DNA of 64,000 bases from Eledone cirrhosa. Its lineage: Eukaryota. Positions 14,308-27,276 of this stretch are shown piece by piece (within the stretch, counting starts at the first letter, position 1; each line of letters opens with the position of its first letter). The DNA lies in contig OZ024742.1 of the NCBI GenBank assembly GCA_964016885.1, positions 349,928,001 through 349,992,000 of the forward strand, in the 5' to 3' direction. The notes under the pieces are model-generated. The model ran no database searches and was not told the DNA's origin. It saw only the letters and a program-made list of their open reading frames with translations. Position numbers and translations under genes: made by a program.

Positions 14308-15871
14308 AAGAATATCACGCAGCCCTTCTTATTCATTCAGTTTAACTTTTATTGCCACGTCGCAACTTGCGAAAATCCAGAATATTCCTTTTAAGATTTT
14401 TGAAAAATTAGCAGTATTTCATCTACTTTTTCGCCACGAAAAAAATTTCAAGATGGCTACCGACATGTCATGGTTACGCTTGACAACAACAATGACAGCA
14501 GCAGCGACAGCGTTGTTTAACCACTGACCAATACAGGGAACAGCGAGTGGCAGCTTCATAACCTTACCGACGCTAACCACCACACATCGGAAATTTAAAA
14601 ACGGCTTGTAACTTTACCGACGCCACCACCATACCTTCTGTCTCGTTACCGCAGGGACGCGAGAAATTGAGACAGTAGTTTTCTCACCATTATGGCGTCA
14701 GACGTGACTGCCATATTTGGTGACTCCTACTCTACAGAAGATTCTTTGACATTACTTTAACAATAAGCAACACTACCGTGTGGCGGGACGGGAAAATGGC
14801 CACGAAATCTCACAAAAACACCATACATCTAACCCTTAACAGCATTAACAAACTTCTTTTTCAGTTTTCAGATAGAACTAGTGTCTGTACACTGGTGATG
14901 TGTGAACTATTCGACTTTGAAAAACTTTGAACTTATTGAGCAATTTCTCTGCTCCCCTAGATTGACTTTGAATTATCAGTTTGTTACATTCACATATTTC
15001 TTTGTAGAATGCATTTACTTGTTTTGTGCTCTTTTGCTATTTGCTTGCTCATGGTTTTTGTTTATTCACATTCTTTGCCGTTTTACATGCCTGCATATGC
15101 ACACATTTTTTTTATCACACACCAACATGTTGTTCTTGGTATATGTTCTTCAAACGTAATGTTCTGCGAGTCCCTTTTCACCTGGTTGAGATGCTGTCAC
15201 ATGCTAGCAGCTCACAGAGCTTAATCCACTGGATTCAAACAGTCACCGCAACACGAGAATACTAATTGCAGCTGAACTCAAACAGCTTCGCATCTCGTTG
15301 CACACTGATCGTCCATGACGGCCATCCGTCTTGTTGTTTTTGCCCGACTCGCTGGGAAGGCAACAAATTGAACTGGACTTGTCAATATTTCAGCCACTTC
15401 TGTGGATTCGCCCGAATTATGGAATTTACACTGCAACCCACCTACAGATTAAACTTGCCTTTTGTTCTTTACATTTTTTCCTGGCTCCACAGCACATTCG
15501 ACAATACATCTGGGGGCCATCATTTTCTCGCCAGCACTGGTAAACTACCATAATAGCTTCGTTCACAGCTACTGGTACAACGTTTACCATTAACATTTAA
15601 TGCAAGAACAGCAACTTCGCCCATGTCAGACTTTATCCGTTTTTTGTTAGACCTTTGGCGGTCACGTATAAACAACAAAACAATTGGTCATTTGACACAG
15701 CGGCTCAACACGGCCCGTAGCGCCTCATTTTTTGTTCTTGCATGCAACCTTCTGCTCAATTATTTTTTTCGCTGATGTGCTCTTTCAGCATTTGTTCTTG
15801 CTGATTCAATAATATGTGGGTCCTTGGTTTCTTCGTTATCGATTTTCAGCTGAAAATCTAGTTGGAGGTGA

Positions 15872-16423
15872 TGTAGTGACCTACATTCCGCGGGCTCACA
15901 TACATTCTCTGTGCGTGATTTGGCTCAGTTCAGCCAATCAGCGCCAGTAGAAGAATTGTATCCCTACGCGCCCTGAGGAAGAAATTCACCGCGAAGATTT
16001 GAAGAATCTCGCTCTTGTACCAGAAACTTCGAGCCATCAACACGCATAATGTAACAGTGAGATATTGCACCACTAGCCTCGCCGGCTTAACGGCGCAATG
16101 GCACATTCCATTTTGTAACCTCTTTGTATCTGTAACTTCAACCATATAAATAAACAAACATTTCATCTCTAATTACTGCGGTTGAAGTCGTTGTTATGTT
16201 ACTCGTGTCTCAATAACATCTTTAATCCATGCTGCTGGAATTGGCGACCTGACGAAAGGAATATTGTAAATAGATGGTAAATAGATCGAGGGACCTTCCC
16301 TCACGTCTATGTCAACAAGATAATCCAACGAGGATACTATCACTTACCACACTGGCAACTAACGACCACTGATTCTACCATCCTGCTAAAGTGGCGATAA
16401 CATCTATAACTAATACTGCTAAA
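15872..16423 (+). repeat. 3' LTR
   Basis: Direct repeat of 13739-14291, followed by TSD GACA and resumption of the satellite in register. Confidence 0.93.
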
Positions 16424-18855
16424 GACACGTTGTTAGGGTGGTGGATTGGTAGAGTCGGTAGAGGGTCGGACACGATGTTAGGGTGGTGGATTGGCCAAGT
16501 CGGTAGAGGGTCGGACACGATGTTAGTGTGGTGGATTGGCCAAGTAGGTGGAGTGTCGGACACGATGTTAGGGTGGTGGACTGGCGAAGTTGGTAGAGAG
16601 TCGGACACGATGTTAGGGTGGTAGATTGGTAGAGTCGCTAGAGGGTCGGACACGATGTTAGGGTGGTGGATTGGCCAAGTCGGTAGAGGGTCGGACACGA
16701 TGATAGGGTGGTGGATTGAACAAGTCGGTAGAGGGTCGGACACGTTGTTAGGGTGGTGGATTGGCAGAGTCGGTAGAGGGTCGGACACGATGTTAGGGTG
16801 GTGGATTGGCCAAGTCGGTAGAGGGTCGGACACGATGTTAAAGTGGTGGATTGGTAGAGTCGGTAGAGGGTCGGACACTATGTTAGGGTGGTGGATTGGT
16901 AGAGTCGGTAGAGGGTCGGACAAGATGTTAGGGTGGTGGATTGGCCAAGTAGGTGGAGGGTCGGCACGATGTTAGGGTGGTGGATTGGCCAAGTCGGTAG
17001 AGGGTCGGACACTATGTTAGGGTGGTGGATTGGTAGAGTCGGTAGAGGGTCGGACACGATGTTAGGGTGGTGGATTGGCAGAGTCGGTAGAGGGTCGGAC
17101 ACGCTGTTAGGGTGGTAGATTGGCCAAGTCGGTAGAGGGTCGGAGAAGATGTTAGGGTGGTGGATTGGCAGTGTCGGTAGAGGGTCGGACACGATGTTAG
17201 GGTGGTGGATTGGTAGAATCGGTAGAGGGTCAGACACGATGTTAGGGTGGTGGATTGGCAGAGTCGGTAGAGGGTCGGACACGATGTTAGGGTGTGGATT
17301 GGTCAAGACGGTAGAGGGTTGGACATGATGTCAGGGTGGTGGATTGGTAGAGTCGGTAGAGGGTCGGACACTATGTTAGGGTGGTGGATTGGTAGAGTCG
17401 GTAGAGGGTCGGACAAGATGTTAGGGTGGTGGATTGGCCAAGTAGGTGGAGGGTCGGCACGATGTTAGGGTGGTGGATTGGCCAAGTCGGTAGAGGGTCG
17501 GACACTATGTTAGGGTGGTGGATTGGTAGAATCGGTAGAGGGTCGGACACGATGTTAGGGTGGTGGATTGGCAGAGTCGTTAGAGGGTCGGACACGATGT
17601 TAGGGTGGTAGATTGGCCAAGTCGGTAGAGGGTCGGACAAGATGTTAGGGTGGTGGATTGGCAGTGTCGGTAGAGGGTTGGACACGATGTTAGTGTGGTG
17701 GATTGGTAGAATCGGTAGAGGGTCGGACACGATGTTAGGGTGTGGATTGGTCAAGACGGTAGAGGGTTGGACATGATGTCAGGGTGGTGGATTGGCAGAG
17801 TCGGTAGAGGGTCGGTCACGATGTTAGGGTGGTGGATTAGCCAAGTCGGTAGAGGGTTGGACACGATGTTAGGGTGGTGGATTGGTAGAGTCGGTAGAGG
17901 GTCGGACACGATCTTATTGTGGTGGATTGGTAGAGTCGGTAGAGGGTCGGACACTATGTTAGGGTGGTGGATTGGTAGAGTCGGTAGAGGGTCAGACAAG
18001 ATGTTAGGGTGGTGGATTGGCCAAGTAGGTGGAGGGTCGGCACGATGTTAGGGTGGTGGATTGGCCAAGTCGGTAGAGGATCGGACACTATGTTAGGGTG
18101 GTGGATTGGTAGAGTCGGTAGAGGGTCGGACACGATGTTAGGGTGGTGGATTGGCAGAGTCGGTAGAGGGTCGGACACGATGTTAGGGTGGTAGATTGGC
18201 CAAGTCGGTAGAGGGTCGGACAAGATGTTAGGGTGGTGGATTGGCAGTGTCGGTAGAGGGTCGGACACGATATTAGGGTGGTGGATTGGTAGAATCGGTA
18301 GAGGGTCGGACACGATGTTAGGGTGGTGGATTGGCAGAATCGGTAGAGGGTCGGACACGATGTTAGGGTGTGGATTGGTCAAGACGGTAGAGGGTTGGAC
18401 ATGATGTCAGGGTGGTGGATTGGCAGAGTCGGTAGAGGGTCGGTCACGATGTTAGGGTGGCGGATTAGCCAAGTCGGTAGATGGTTGGACACGATGTTAG
18501 GGTGGTGGATTGGTAGAGTCGTTAGAGGGTCGGACACGATGTTAGGGTGGTGGATTGGCAGAGTCGGTAGAGGGTCGGACACGATGTTAGGGTGGTGGAT
18601 TGGTAGAATCGGTAGAGGGTCGGACACTATGTTAGGGTGGTGGATTGGCAGAGTCGGTAGAGGGTCGGACACCATGTTAGGGTGGTGGATTGGTTAAGTC
18701 GGTAGAGGGTCGGACACGATATTAGGGTGGTGGATTGGCAGAGTCGGTAGAGGGTCAGACTCGATGTTAGGGTGGTGGATTGGCAGAGTCGGTAGAGTGT
18801 TGGACACGATGTTATGGTGGTGGATTGGCAGAGTTGATAGAGGGTCGGACACCAT
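16424..18855 (+). repeat. 45-bp satellite array, right part (about 54 units)
   Basis: Same monomer; the last unit runs directly into SINE body sequence. Confidence 0.97.
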
Positions 18856-19003
18856 ACTTTCTTGCATCGAGTTATGGTCCTTTACAGTCTGAGTTCAAAT
18901 CCTGCCAAGGTTAACTTTGCCTTTCATACCTACGGAGTCGATAAAATAAAATACCAGTAATGTACTGGGCTAATTGCTGGCCAAATGTAGACAGCCATTA
19001 TTA
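18816..19003 (+). mobile_element. tRNA-derived SINE (Meta-domain-like family) fused to the satellite end
   Basis: A box TGGCAGAGTTGA, B box GTTCAAATCC (18893-18902), body TTAACTTTGCCTTTCAT...GTCGATAAAATAAAATACCAGT shared with copies at 38727 and 40511-41690. Confidence 0.88.
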
Positions 19004-19409
19004 TTGTTGACGTCTAAGATTCTGCGTGATTTAAGTTGTTTAAATTGGTATTTTATTAAATGTTTTTGTTGATAAGTTGACATAACACACCCGTCTTGGC
19101 CCGAGGAAGGGTGACCTCATAATATTTGAGCCCTCGGCCCAAATATTTCAACTTTACTTTTGAAAATATTTTTTTATTTAAAAAAAACAGAACATGAACG
19201 GATTACGTCCCCTCACTTTGATCCAGCTGTCACGTGACAGCAGCTCAATCGTTGAGAAGAGTGATGCTGCCCCCATCACCACCATTATTAAGGTAATTAG
19301 GAGTAGGAAAATAGACAGGACGGTGGTGTCAGCAACATATGTCAGACACCAACGTACATGTTTCTTTTCTTTAAAACAATAATTATATATTAAAAAAATA
19401 ATGTAACGC

Positions 19410-19474
19410 TTAGTAGTAGTAGTAGCAGCAGAAGTAGTAGTAGTAGTAGCAGCAGCAGTATTAGTAGTAGCAAC

Positions 19475-19524
<50 letters not shown>

Positions 19525-19546
19525 CAGTAGTAGTAGTAGTAGTAGC

Positions 19547-19584
<38 letters not shown>

Positions 19585-19742
19585 CAGTAGCAGTAGCGGT
19601 AGTAGTAGTAGTAGAAGTAGCAGCAGCAGTAGTAGTGGTAGTAATAGTGGTAGTAGTAGTAGCAGTAGCAGTAGTAGTAGCAGCAGTAGTAGTAGTTGTA
19701 GTAGTAGTAGTAGCAGTATCAGCATCAGTAGTTGTAGTAGTT

Positions 19743-19779
<37 letters not shown>

Positions 19780-19810
19780 CAGTAGCAGCAGTAGTAGTAG
19801 TAGTAGTAAC

Positions 19811-19850
<40 letters not shown>

Positions 19851-19910
19851 CTAGTAGTAGTAGTAGTAGCAACAGCAGTAGCAGTAGCAGTAATAGTAGT
19901 AGTAGTAGTT
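19410..19910. repeat. (TAG)n/(CAG) trinucleotide microsatellite
   Basis: Read directly. Confidence 0.97.
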
Positions 19911-20269
19911 GTTGCTGTTATTATTGTTGTTGTTGTTATTGTTGTTGTCTTATTGTTGTTTTTATTTTTGTGTTATTGCTGTTGTTGTTCTACTTCCTCT
20001 TCTTTTTCTTCTTTTTCTTCTTCGTCTTGACTATGTTGAAAAATAAACTACATTTGATCAATCCACGAGAGTATCCTGGTTAATCTATGAAGGTGTAATG
20101 CTAGAGCTGTGAAATCTTGCATGTATTAATTTCATTTCTTCATATTGTTAGCTGCATTGTTGGTTTTCAGGGATTATGTTGAAAAAATACACAGTATTTG
20201 GTCATTCCATGAGAGTATCTTTGTCAACCTATGAACCTATGAATTATTCAGTCGACCCTTGTATCTTTA

Positions 20270-20545
20270 CATCCTCTGGCACCATCACATGACCTCTGGT
20301 GCCATCACATAACCTCTGGTACCATCAGGTGACCACCTCTAGTACCATGGCGTGTTAAACTGACCATGACCTCTGGTACAATCTCGAGTCAAACTACGCG
20401 TGAACTCTGGTACCACCCCGTCTTTAACTAACCATGACCTCCCCTAGTACCATCCCGTGTTAAACTGACCATGACTTCCTCTGTTACCAACATGTAACCT
20501 CTGGTACCATCCCGTGACCTCTGGTACCATCCCGTCTTTAACTAC
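20270..20545. repeat. Degenerate minisatellite with core CCTCTGGTACCATC (about 20-35 bp spacing)
   Basis: Core recurs about 10 times. Confidence 0.8.
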
Positions 20546-20642
20546 CCGTGGTTTTGTGGTGCGAAATGTCTTTAAAAGTGTTCATATTAAAATTCTTCAT
20601 CGTAACATTATGTAAGATATTTTTGTTATATTCCAAACATCA

Positions 20643-23600
20643 CCCTAACAACCTAACAGCCTGAAAACCTAACAACCTAACAACCTAACAACCTAACAAC
20701 CTAACAACCTAACAGGCTAACAACTTAACAACCTAAAAACCTAACAACCTAACAACCTAACCTAACAACCTAAAAACCTAACACCTAACAACCTAACAAC
20801 CTAACAACCTAACCTAAGAACGTAACAACCTAACAACCTAAAAACCTAACAACCTAACAACCATACGACCTAACAACCGAACCTAACAACCTAACAACCT
20901 AACAACCTAACAATCTAAGAACCTAACCTAACAACCTAACAACCTACCCTAATAACCTAACAACCTAACCTAACAACCTAACAACCTAACCTAACAACCT
21001 AACAACCTAACAACCTGACAACCTAACCTTACAACCTAACAATCTAACAACATAACACTCAAACAACCTAACAACCTAACAACCTAACAACCTAACAGCC
21101 TAAAACCCTACCAACCTATCAACCTAACCTAACAACCTAACAATCTAATAACTTAACCGAACAACCAAACAACCTAACAACCTAACAACCTAACAACCTA
21201 ACCGAACAACCTAACAACCTAACAACCTAGCAACCTAACAACCTAACAGCCTAAAATCCTACCAACCTACCAACCTAACAACCTAACCTAACAACCTAAC
21301 AATCTAACAACTTAACCGAACAACCAAACAACCTAACAACCTAACAACCTAACAACCTAACAACCTAACCGAACAACCTAACAACCTAACCTAACAACCT
21401 AACAACCTAACAACCTAACAACCTGACCTAATAACCTAACAACCTAACAACCTAACCTAACAACCTAAAAACCTAACAACCTAACCTAATAGCTTAACAA
21501 CCTAACAACCTAACAACCTAACAACCTACCCTAATAACCTAACAACCTAACCTAACAACCTAACAACCTAACCTAACAACCTAACAACCTAACAACCTGA
21601 CAACCTAACCTTACAACCTAACAATCTAACAACATAACACTCAAACAACATAACAACCTAACAACCTAACAACCTAACAGCCTAAAACCCTACCAACCTA
21701 TCAACCTAACCTAACAACCTAACAATCTAATAACTTAACCGAACAACCAAACAACCTAACAACCTAACAACCTAACAACCTAACTGAACAACCTAACAAC
21801 CTAACAACCTAACAACCTAACAACCTAACAGCCTAACAACCTAACAACCTAACCGAACAACCTAACAACCTAACAACCTAACAACCTAACAACCTAACAG
21901 CCTAAAATCCTACCAACCTACCAACCTAACAACCTAACCTAACAACCTAACAATCTAACAACTTAACCGAACAACCAAACAACCTAACAACCTAACAACC
22001 TAACAACCTAATCGAACAACCTAACAACCTAACCTAACAACCTAACAACCTAACAACCTAACAACCTAACAGCCTAAAATCCTACCAACCTACCAACCTA
22101 ACAACCTAACCTAACAACCTAACAACCTAACCGAACAACCTAACAACCTAACCTAACAACCTACCAACCTAACAACCTAACCTAACAACCTAACAATCTA
22201 ACAACTTAACCGAACAACCAAACAACCTAACAACCTAACAACCTAACAACCTAACAACCTAACCGAACAACCTAACAACCTAACCTAACAACCTAACAAC
22301 CTAACAACCTAACAACCTGACCTAATAACCTAACAACCTAACAACCTAACCTAACAACCTAAAAACCTAACAACCTAACCTAATAGCTTAACAACCTAAC
22401 AACCTAACAAACTAACAACCTAACAAACTAACAGCCTAACAACCTAACAACCTAACGACCTAACAACCTAATAACCTAACCTAACAACCTAACAACATAA
22501 CAACCTAAACTAACCTAACAACCTAACAACCTAACAACCTAACAACCTAACAACCTAACAACATAACAACCTAACAAGCTAACAACCTAACAACCTAACC
22601 TAAGAACCTAAGATCCTAAGAACCTAACAACCTAACAGCCTACCAATCTAACAACCTAACAACCTAACAACATAACCTATCAACCTAACAACCTAACAAC
22701 CTAACATCACACCAACCTAACAAGCAGACAACCTAACAACCTAACAACCTAACAACCTAACAACCTAACAACCTAACTGAACAACCTAACAACCTAACAA
22801 CCTAACAACCTAACAACCTAACAGCCTAACAACCTAACAACCTAACCGAACAACCTAACAACCTAACAACCTAACAACCTAACAACCTAACAGCCTAAAA
22901 TCCTACCAACCTACCAACCTAACAATCTAACCTAACATCCTAACAATCTAACAACTTAACCGAACAACCAAACAACCTAACAACCTAACCGAACAACCTA
23001 ACAACCTAACCTAACAACCTAACAACCTAACAACCTAACAACCTAACAGCCTAAAATCCTACCAACCTAACAACCTAACCTAACAACCTAACAACATAAC
23101 AACCTACCAACCTACCAACCTAACAACCTAACCTAACAACCTAACAATCTAACAACTTAACCGAACAACCAAACAACCTAACAACCTAACAACCTAACAA
23201 CCTAACAACCTAACCGAACAACCTAACAACCTAACCTAACAACCTAACAACCTAACAACCTAACAACCTAACAACCTGACCTAATAACCTAACAACCTAA
23301 CAACCTAACCTAACAACCTAAAAACCTAACAACCTAACCTAATAGCTTAACAACCTAACAACCTAACAAACTAACAACCTAACAAACTAACAGCCTAACA
23401 ACCTAACAACCTAACAACCTAACAACCTAACAACCTAACCTAACAACCTAACAACATAACAACCTAAACTAACCTAACAACCTAACAACCTAACAACCTA
23501 ACAACCTAACAACATAACAACCTAACAACCTAACAATCTAACAATCTAACAACTTGACCTAACAACCTAACAACCTAACAACATAACAACCTAACAAGCT

Positions 23601-25395
23601 AACAACCTAACAACCAAACCTAACAACCTAACAACCTAACAACCTAACAACCTAACAACATAACAACCTAACAACCTAACAATCTAACAATCTAACAACT
23701 TGACCTAACAACCTAACAACCTAACAACATAACAACCTAACAAGCTAACAACCTAACAACCTAACCTAAGAACCTAAGATCCTAAGAACCTAACAACCTA
23801 ACAGCCTACCAATCTAACAACCTAACAACCTAACAACATAACCTATCAACCTAACAACCTAACAACCTAACAACCTAACATCACACCAACCTAACAAGCA
23901 GACAACCTAACAACCTAACAACCTAACAACCTAACAACCTAACCCAACAACCTAGCAACCTAACAACCTAACAACCTAACCTAATAACCTAACAACCTAA
24001 CCTAACAACCTAACAACCTAACCTAACAAACTAACAACCTAACAATGTAACCTAGCAACCTAACAACCTAACCTAACATTCTAACAACCTAACAACCTAA
24101 CAAACTAACAACGTAACAGCCATACAACCTAACAACCCAACAGCCATACAACCTAACAACCTAACAACCTAAAAACCTAACAACCTGACCTAACAACCTA
24201 ACAACCTAAGAACCCAACAACCTAGCAACCTAACACCCTAACAACCCAAAAACATAACAACCTAACAACTTAACAATCTAACAACCTAACAACCTAAGCT
24301 AACAACCTAACAACCTAACAACCTAACAACCTAACAACCTAACAACATAACCTAACAACCTAACAACCTAACAACCTAACAGCCTAACAACCTAACAACC
24401 CAACAACCTACCATCCTAATCTAAAAACCTAACAACTTAACAAGCTAACAAGCTAACAACCTAACAAGCTATCAACCTACAATCTAACAGCTTAACAACC
24501 TAACAGACTAACAACCTAGCAACCTAGCAACCTAACAACCTAATCTAACAAACTAAAAACCTAACAACCCAACAGCCTAACAACCTAACAACCTAACAAC
24601 CTAACCTAACAACCTGACCTAACAACCTAAAACCAAAAAACCTAACAACCAAACGACCTAACAACCGAACCTAACAACATAACAACCAAATCTAACAACA
24701 TAACAACCTAACCTAAGAACCTAACAATCTAACAACCTAACAACCTAACAACCTAACAACCTTACAACCTAACAATCTAACAACCTAACCTAACAACCTA
24801 ACAACCTAACAACCTAACAACCTAACAACCTAACAACCTAACAGTCTAACAGGCTAACAAGCTAACAACCTAACCTAACAGCCTAAGAGCCTAACAACCT
24901 AAGAGCCTAACAACCTGATCACCTAACAACCTAACCTAACAACCTAACAACCTAACCTAACAACCTAACAGCCTAACAACCTAACAACCTAACAACATAA
25001 CAGCCTAAAAACCTAACAACCTAACAGCCTAACAAACTAACACCCTAACAACCTAACCTAACAACCTAACAACCTAACAACCTAGCAGCCTAACAACCTA
25101 ACAACCTAACAACCTAACAACCTAACCTAACAACCTAACAAACTAACAACCTAACAACCTAACAGCCTAACAACCTAACAGCCTAAAAACCTAACAACCT
25201 AACAACCTTATAACCTAACCTAACAACCTAACAACCTAACAATCTAACAACCTAACATCCTAACAACCTAGCAACCTAACAACCTAACAACTTAACAACC
25301 TAACAGCCTAACAACCTAACAACCTAACAGCCTAACAACCTAACAACCTAACAACCTAACAACCTAACCTAACATCCTAACAACCTAATAACCTA
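20643..25395. repeat. (CCTAACAA)n 8-bp satellite with interspersed CCTAA 5-mers (TTGTTAGG/TTAGG on minus strand)
   Basis: About 4.75 kb of continuous short-period repeat. Confidence 0.97.
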
Positions 25396-25655
25396 GAGAG
25401 AAGGAGGGGCAGAAAGATAGATATAGGTTGATAGAGAGTTAAGGAAGAGAAAGATAGAACGATAGGGACAGAGAGAGGGAAAGAGAGAGGGAGACAGAGA
25501 GGGAGAGAGAGAGAGAGAGAGAGAGAGTAAGAAGACGAAAACTTTAGAGATAGCGTTAGAGAAAGAGAGAGAGACGAAGAGTTAGAGAGAGAGTGAGAGA
25601 GAAGGAGAGAGAGAGAGTGAGAGATAGAGATAGATAGATAGATAAAGAGAGAGAT
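25396..25655. repeat. GA-rich/(GA)n low-complexity tract
   Basis: Read directly. Confidence 0.9.
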
Positions 25656-25783
25656 ATATACTCTTTTTCTATGTAATGAGTACTTTCATTTAAATTGCAG
25701 CTTTTCGTTTAGTTTCTCAAACAGAAATATTCAACGTTGCTGCATATAAAGACCAGCCTATATATATATATATATATATATAT

Positions 25784-25843
<60 letters not shown>

Positions 25844-26204
25844 CAGTCGTGGACGGGGTCTAAATATATTGGTTGCCTGGAAATGAAGGGGCTCCACCTA
25901 CATATAGAATGCTATCATTTAATTTTTATAATTTTTATAATGAATAAATAACATTTTTAAAAAATACAAAGTGGTAACAAAACAGTGCAATAACATTTTT
26001 GCAGAAAAATATCTTAACTTCTCCAATAAAAAATATGTATTTTGCGAAATCCAGTGACTTTCAATAATGACCTTTGGTCTTTCACACTCACTCAATATAT
26101 ATATATATACATACATGGGAGTGCGTGTATATGTGTGCATGTACATGTGTATATATAGATTTATATATATGTATATATAACGTTTTCAACTTGTATTGAC
26201 ATTG

Positions 26205-26280
<76 letters not shown>

Positions 26281-26430
26281 CCTTATTATAAAGCATTTCC
26301 CCCACCACATAAATATAGTAACATTTTTAATTGAAATACCATTAAAATTTCTTACTCTACAACTCCTAACATTGCACATAACATCACAGCTTCAAATTTA
26401 GCTAAATTGTGCAACCCTGTAGCTAGTACT

Positions 26431-26873
26431 AACTGTAATTGTAGGAATCGCTTGACTGCCCCCTATCCGGGAAATGCCTCTCTTTTAACATTGTCTACAA
26501 ATATAAGGTTGAAACACCCACGTCCCGTAGGGCCTACATAGGGTTAACCGCCAATAGATTCAAGCAGGGTCTTTACATGCATATCCATTCTTTTCTTAAC
26601 CCTTTAAGAAGGAATATGACGTCACTTTCAGCTTATATCTGGAGTCTAAAAGAAAACCACACCCAATATAAGTTACACTGGGAGATCGTAGCTAGGGCTA
26701 GATCGTATAAAGGAAATAAAAGACCATGTGACGTCTTCGCCGCTGAGGCCCTGGAAATACTCTACGCCAAAGACCACATCTTAAACAAAAAATCTGAGGC
26801 AATTTCGGCTTGTAAACATAAATTGCACAAAACTTTCCTGTATTACAGCCCTACATTATACCCTAACGGATAG
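26431..26873 (+). pseudogene. Penelope-like element GIY-YIG endonuclease remnant (5'-truncated)
   Basis: Translation with one frameshift: NCNCRN..DCPLSGKCLSFNIVYKYKV...AYIGLTANRFKQ..HIHSF...TSLSAYIWSLKE..WEIV..LNKKSEAISACKH, the typical PLE Cys-rich linker plus GIY-YIG pattern. Confidence 0.85.
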
Positions 26874-27182
26874 TACGAACTATACGCGGATATTTTACGT
26901 CTTGATGAGGTAGCTAAGTATAAGTTATGTTTATACCATTACTTATTTTTATAGGTAAGTATATATTACCTGTATGTTTTGTGAAGGTACGTATACTTTC
27001 TCGTACGTATATTTGCCTGTATATGTTATGCCGTATATATTATATACGCGGGTTTCTACGTATGTAGGGTGTGTGTATATGTGTACTTTGTGTTTTGGTC
27101 GACGTATGCCTGCGGACATATGTGTTTTTACATGTAGGTATGTGTGTGCGCGCGTTATATACGTTTATTTAATTATATGTAT

Positions 27183-27276
<94 letters not shown>

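Larger units (their letters stand above)
13739..16423 (+). mobile_element. Non-autonomous LTR retrotransposon (probably Gypsy-derived) inserted in the satellite
   Basis: Two near-identical ~552-bp direct repeats starting TGTAGTG. 4-bp TSD GACA at 13735-13738 and 16424-16427. PBS after the 5' LTR; purine-rich GGAGGTGA before the 3' LTR. The 1.58-kb interior has no long ORF. Confidence 0.93.

Noticed and set aside
26-18697. Long ORFs on both strands (up to 823 aa) with MLGWWIGRVGRGSDT or PIHHPNIVSDPLPTL repeats
   Set aside because: Artefact of a 45-bp stop-free monomer; frequent frameshifts and stops, no unique domains or gene structure.
19390-20030. Poly-Leu and poly-Val ORFs (also poly-Thr, YI and HT ORFs elsewhere)
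   Set aside because: Translations of microsatellites.
20032-20236. Two diverged ~60-bp direct repeats about 144 bp apart
   Set aside because: Old local duplication with no TSD or LTR features; not informative.
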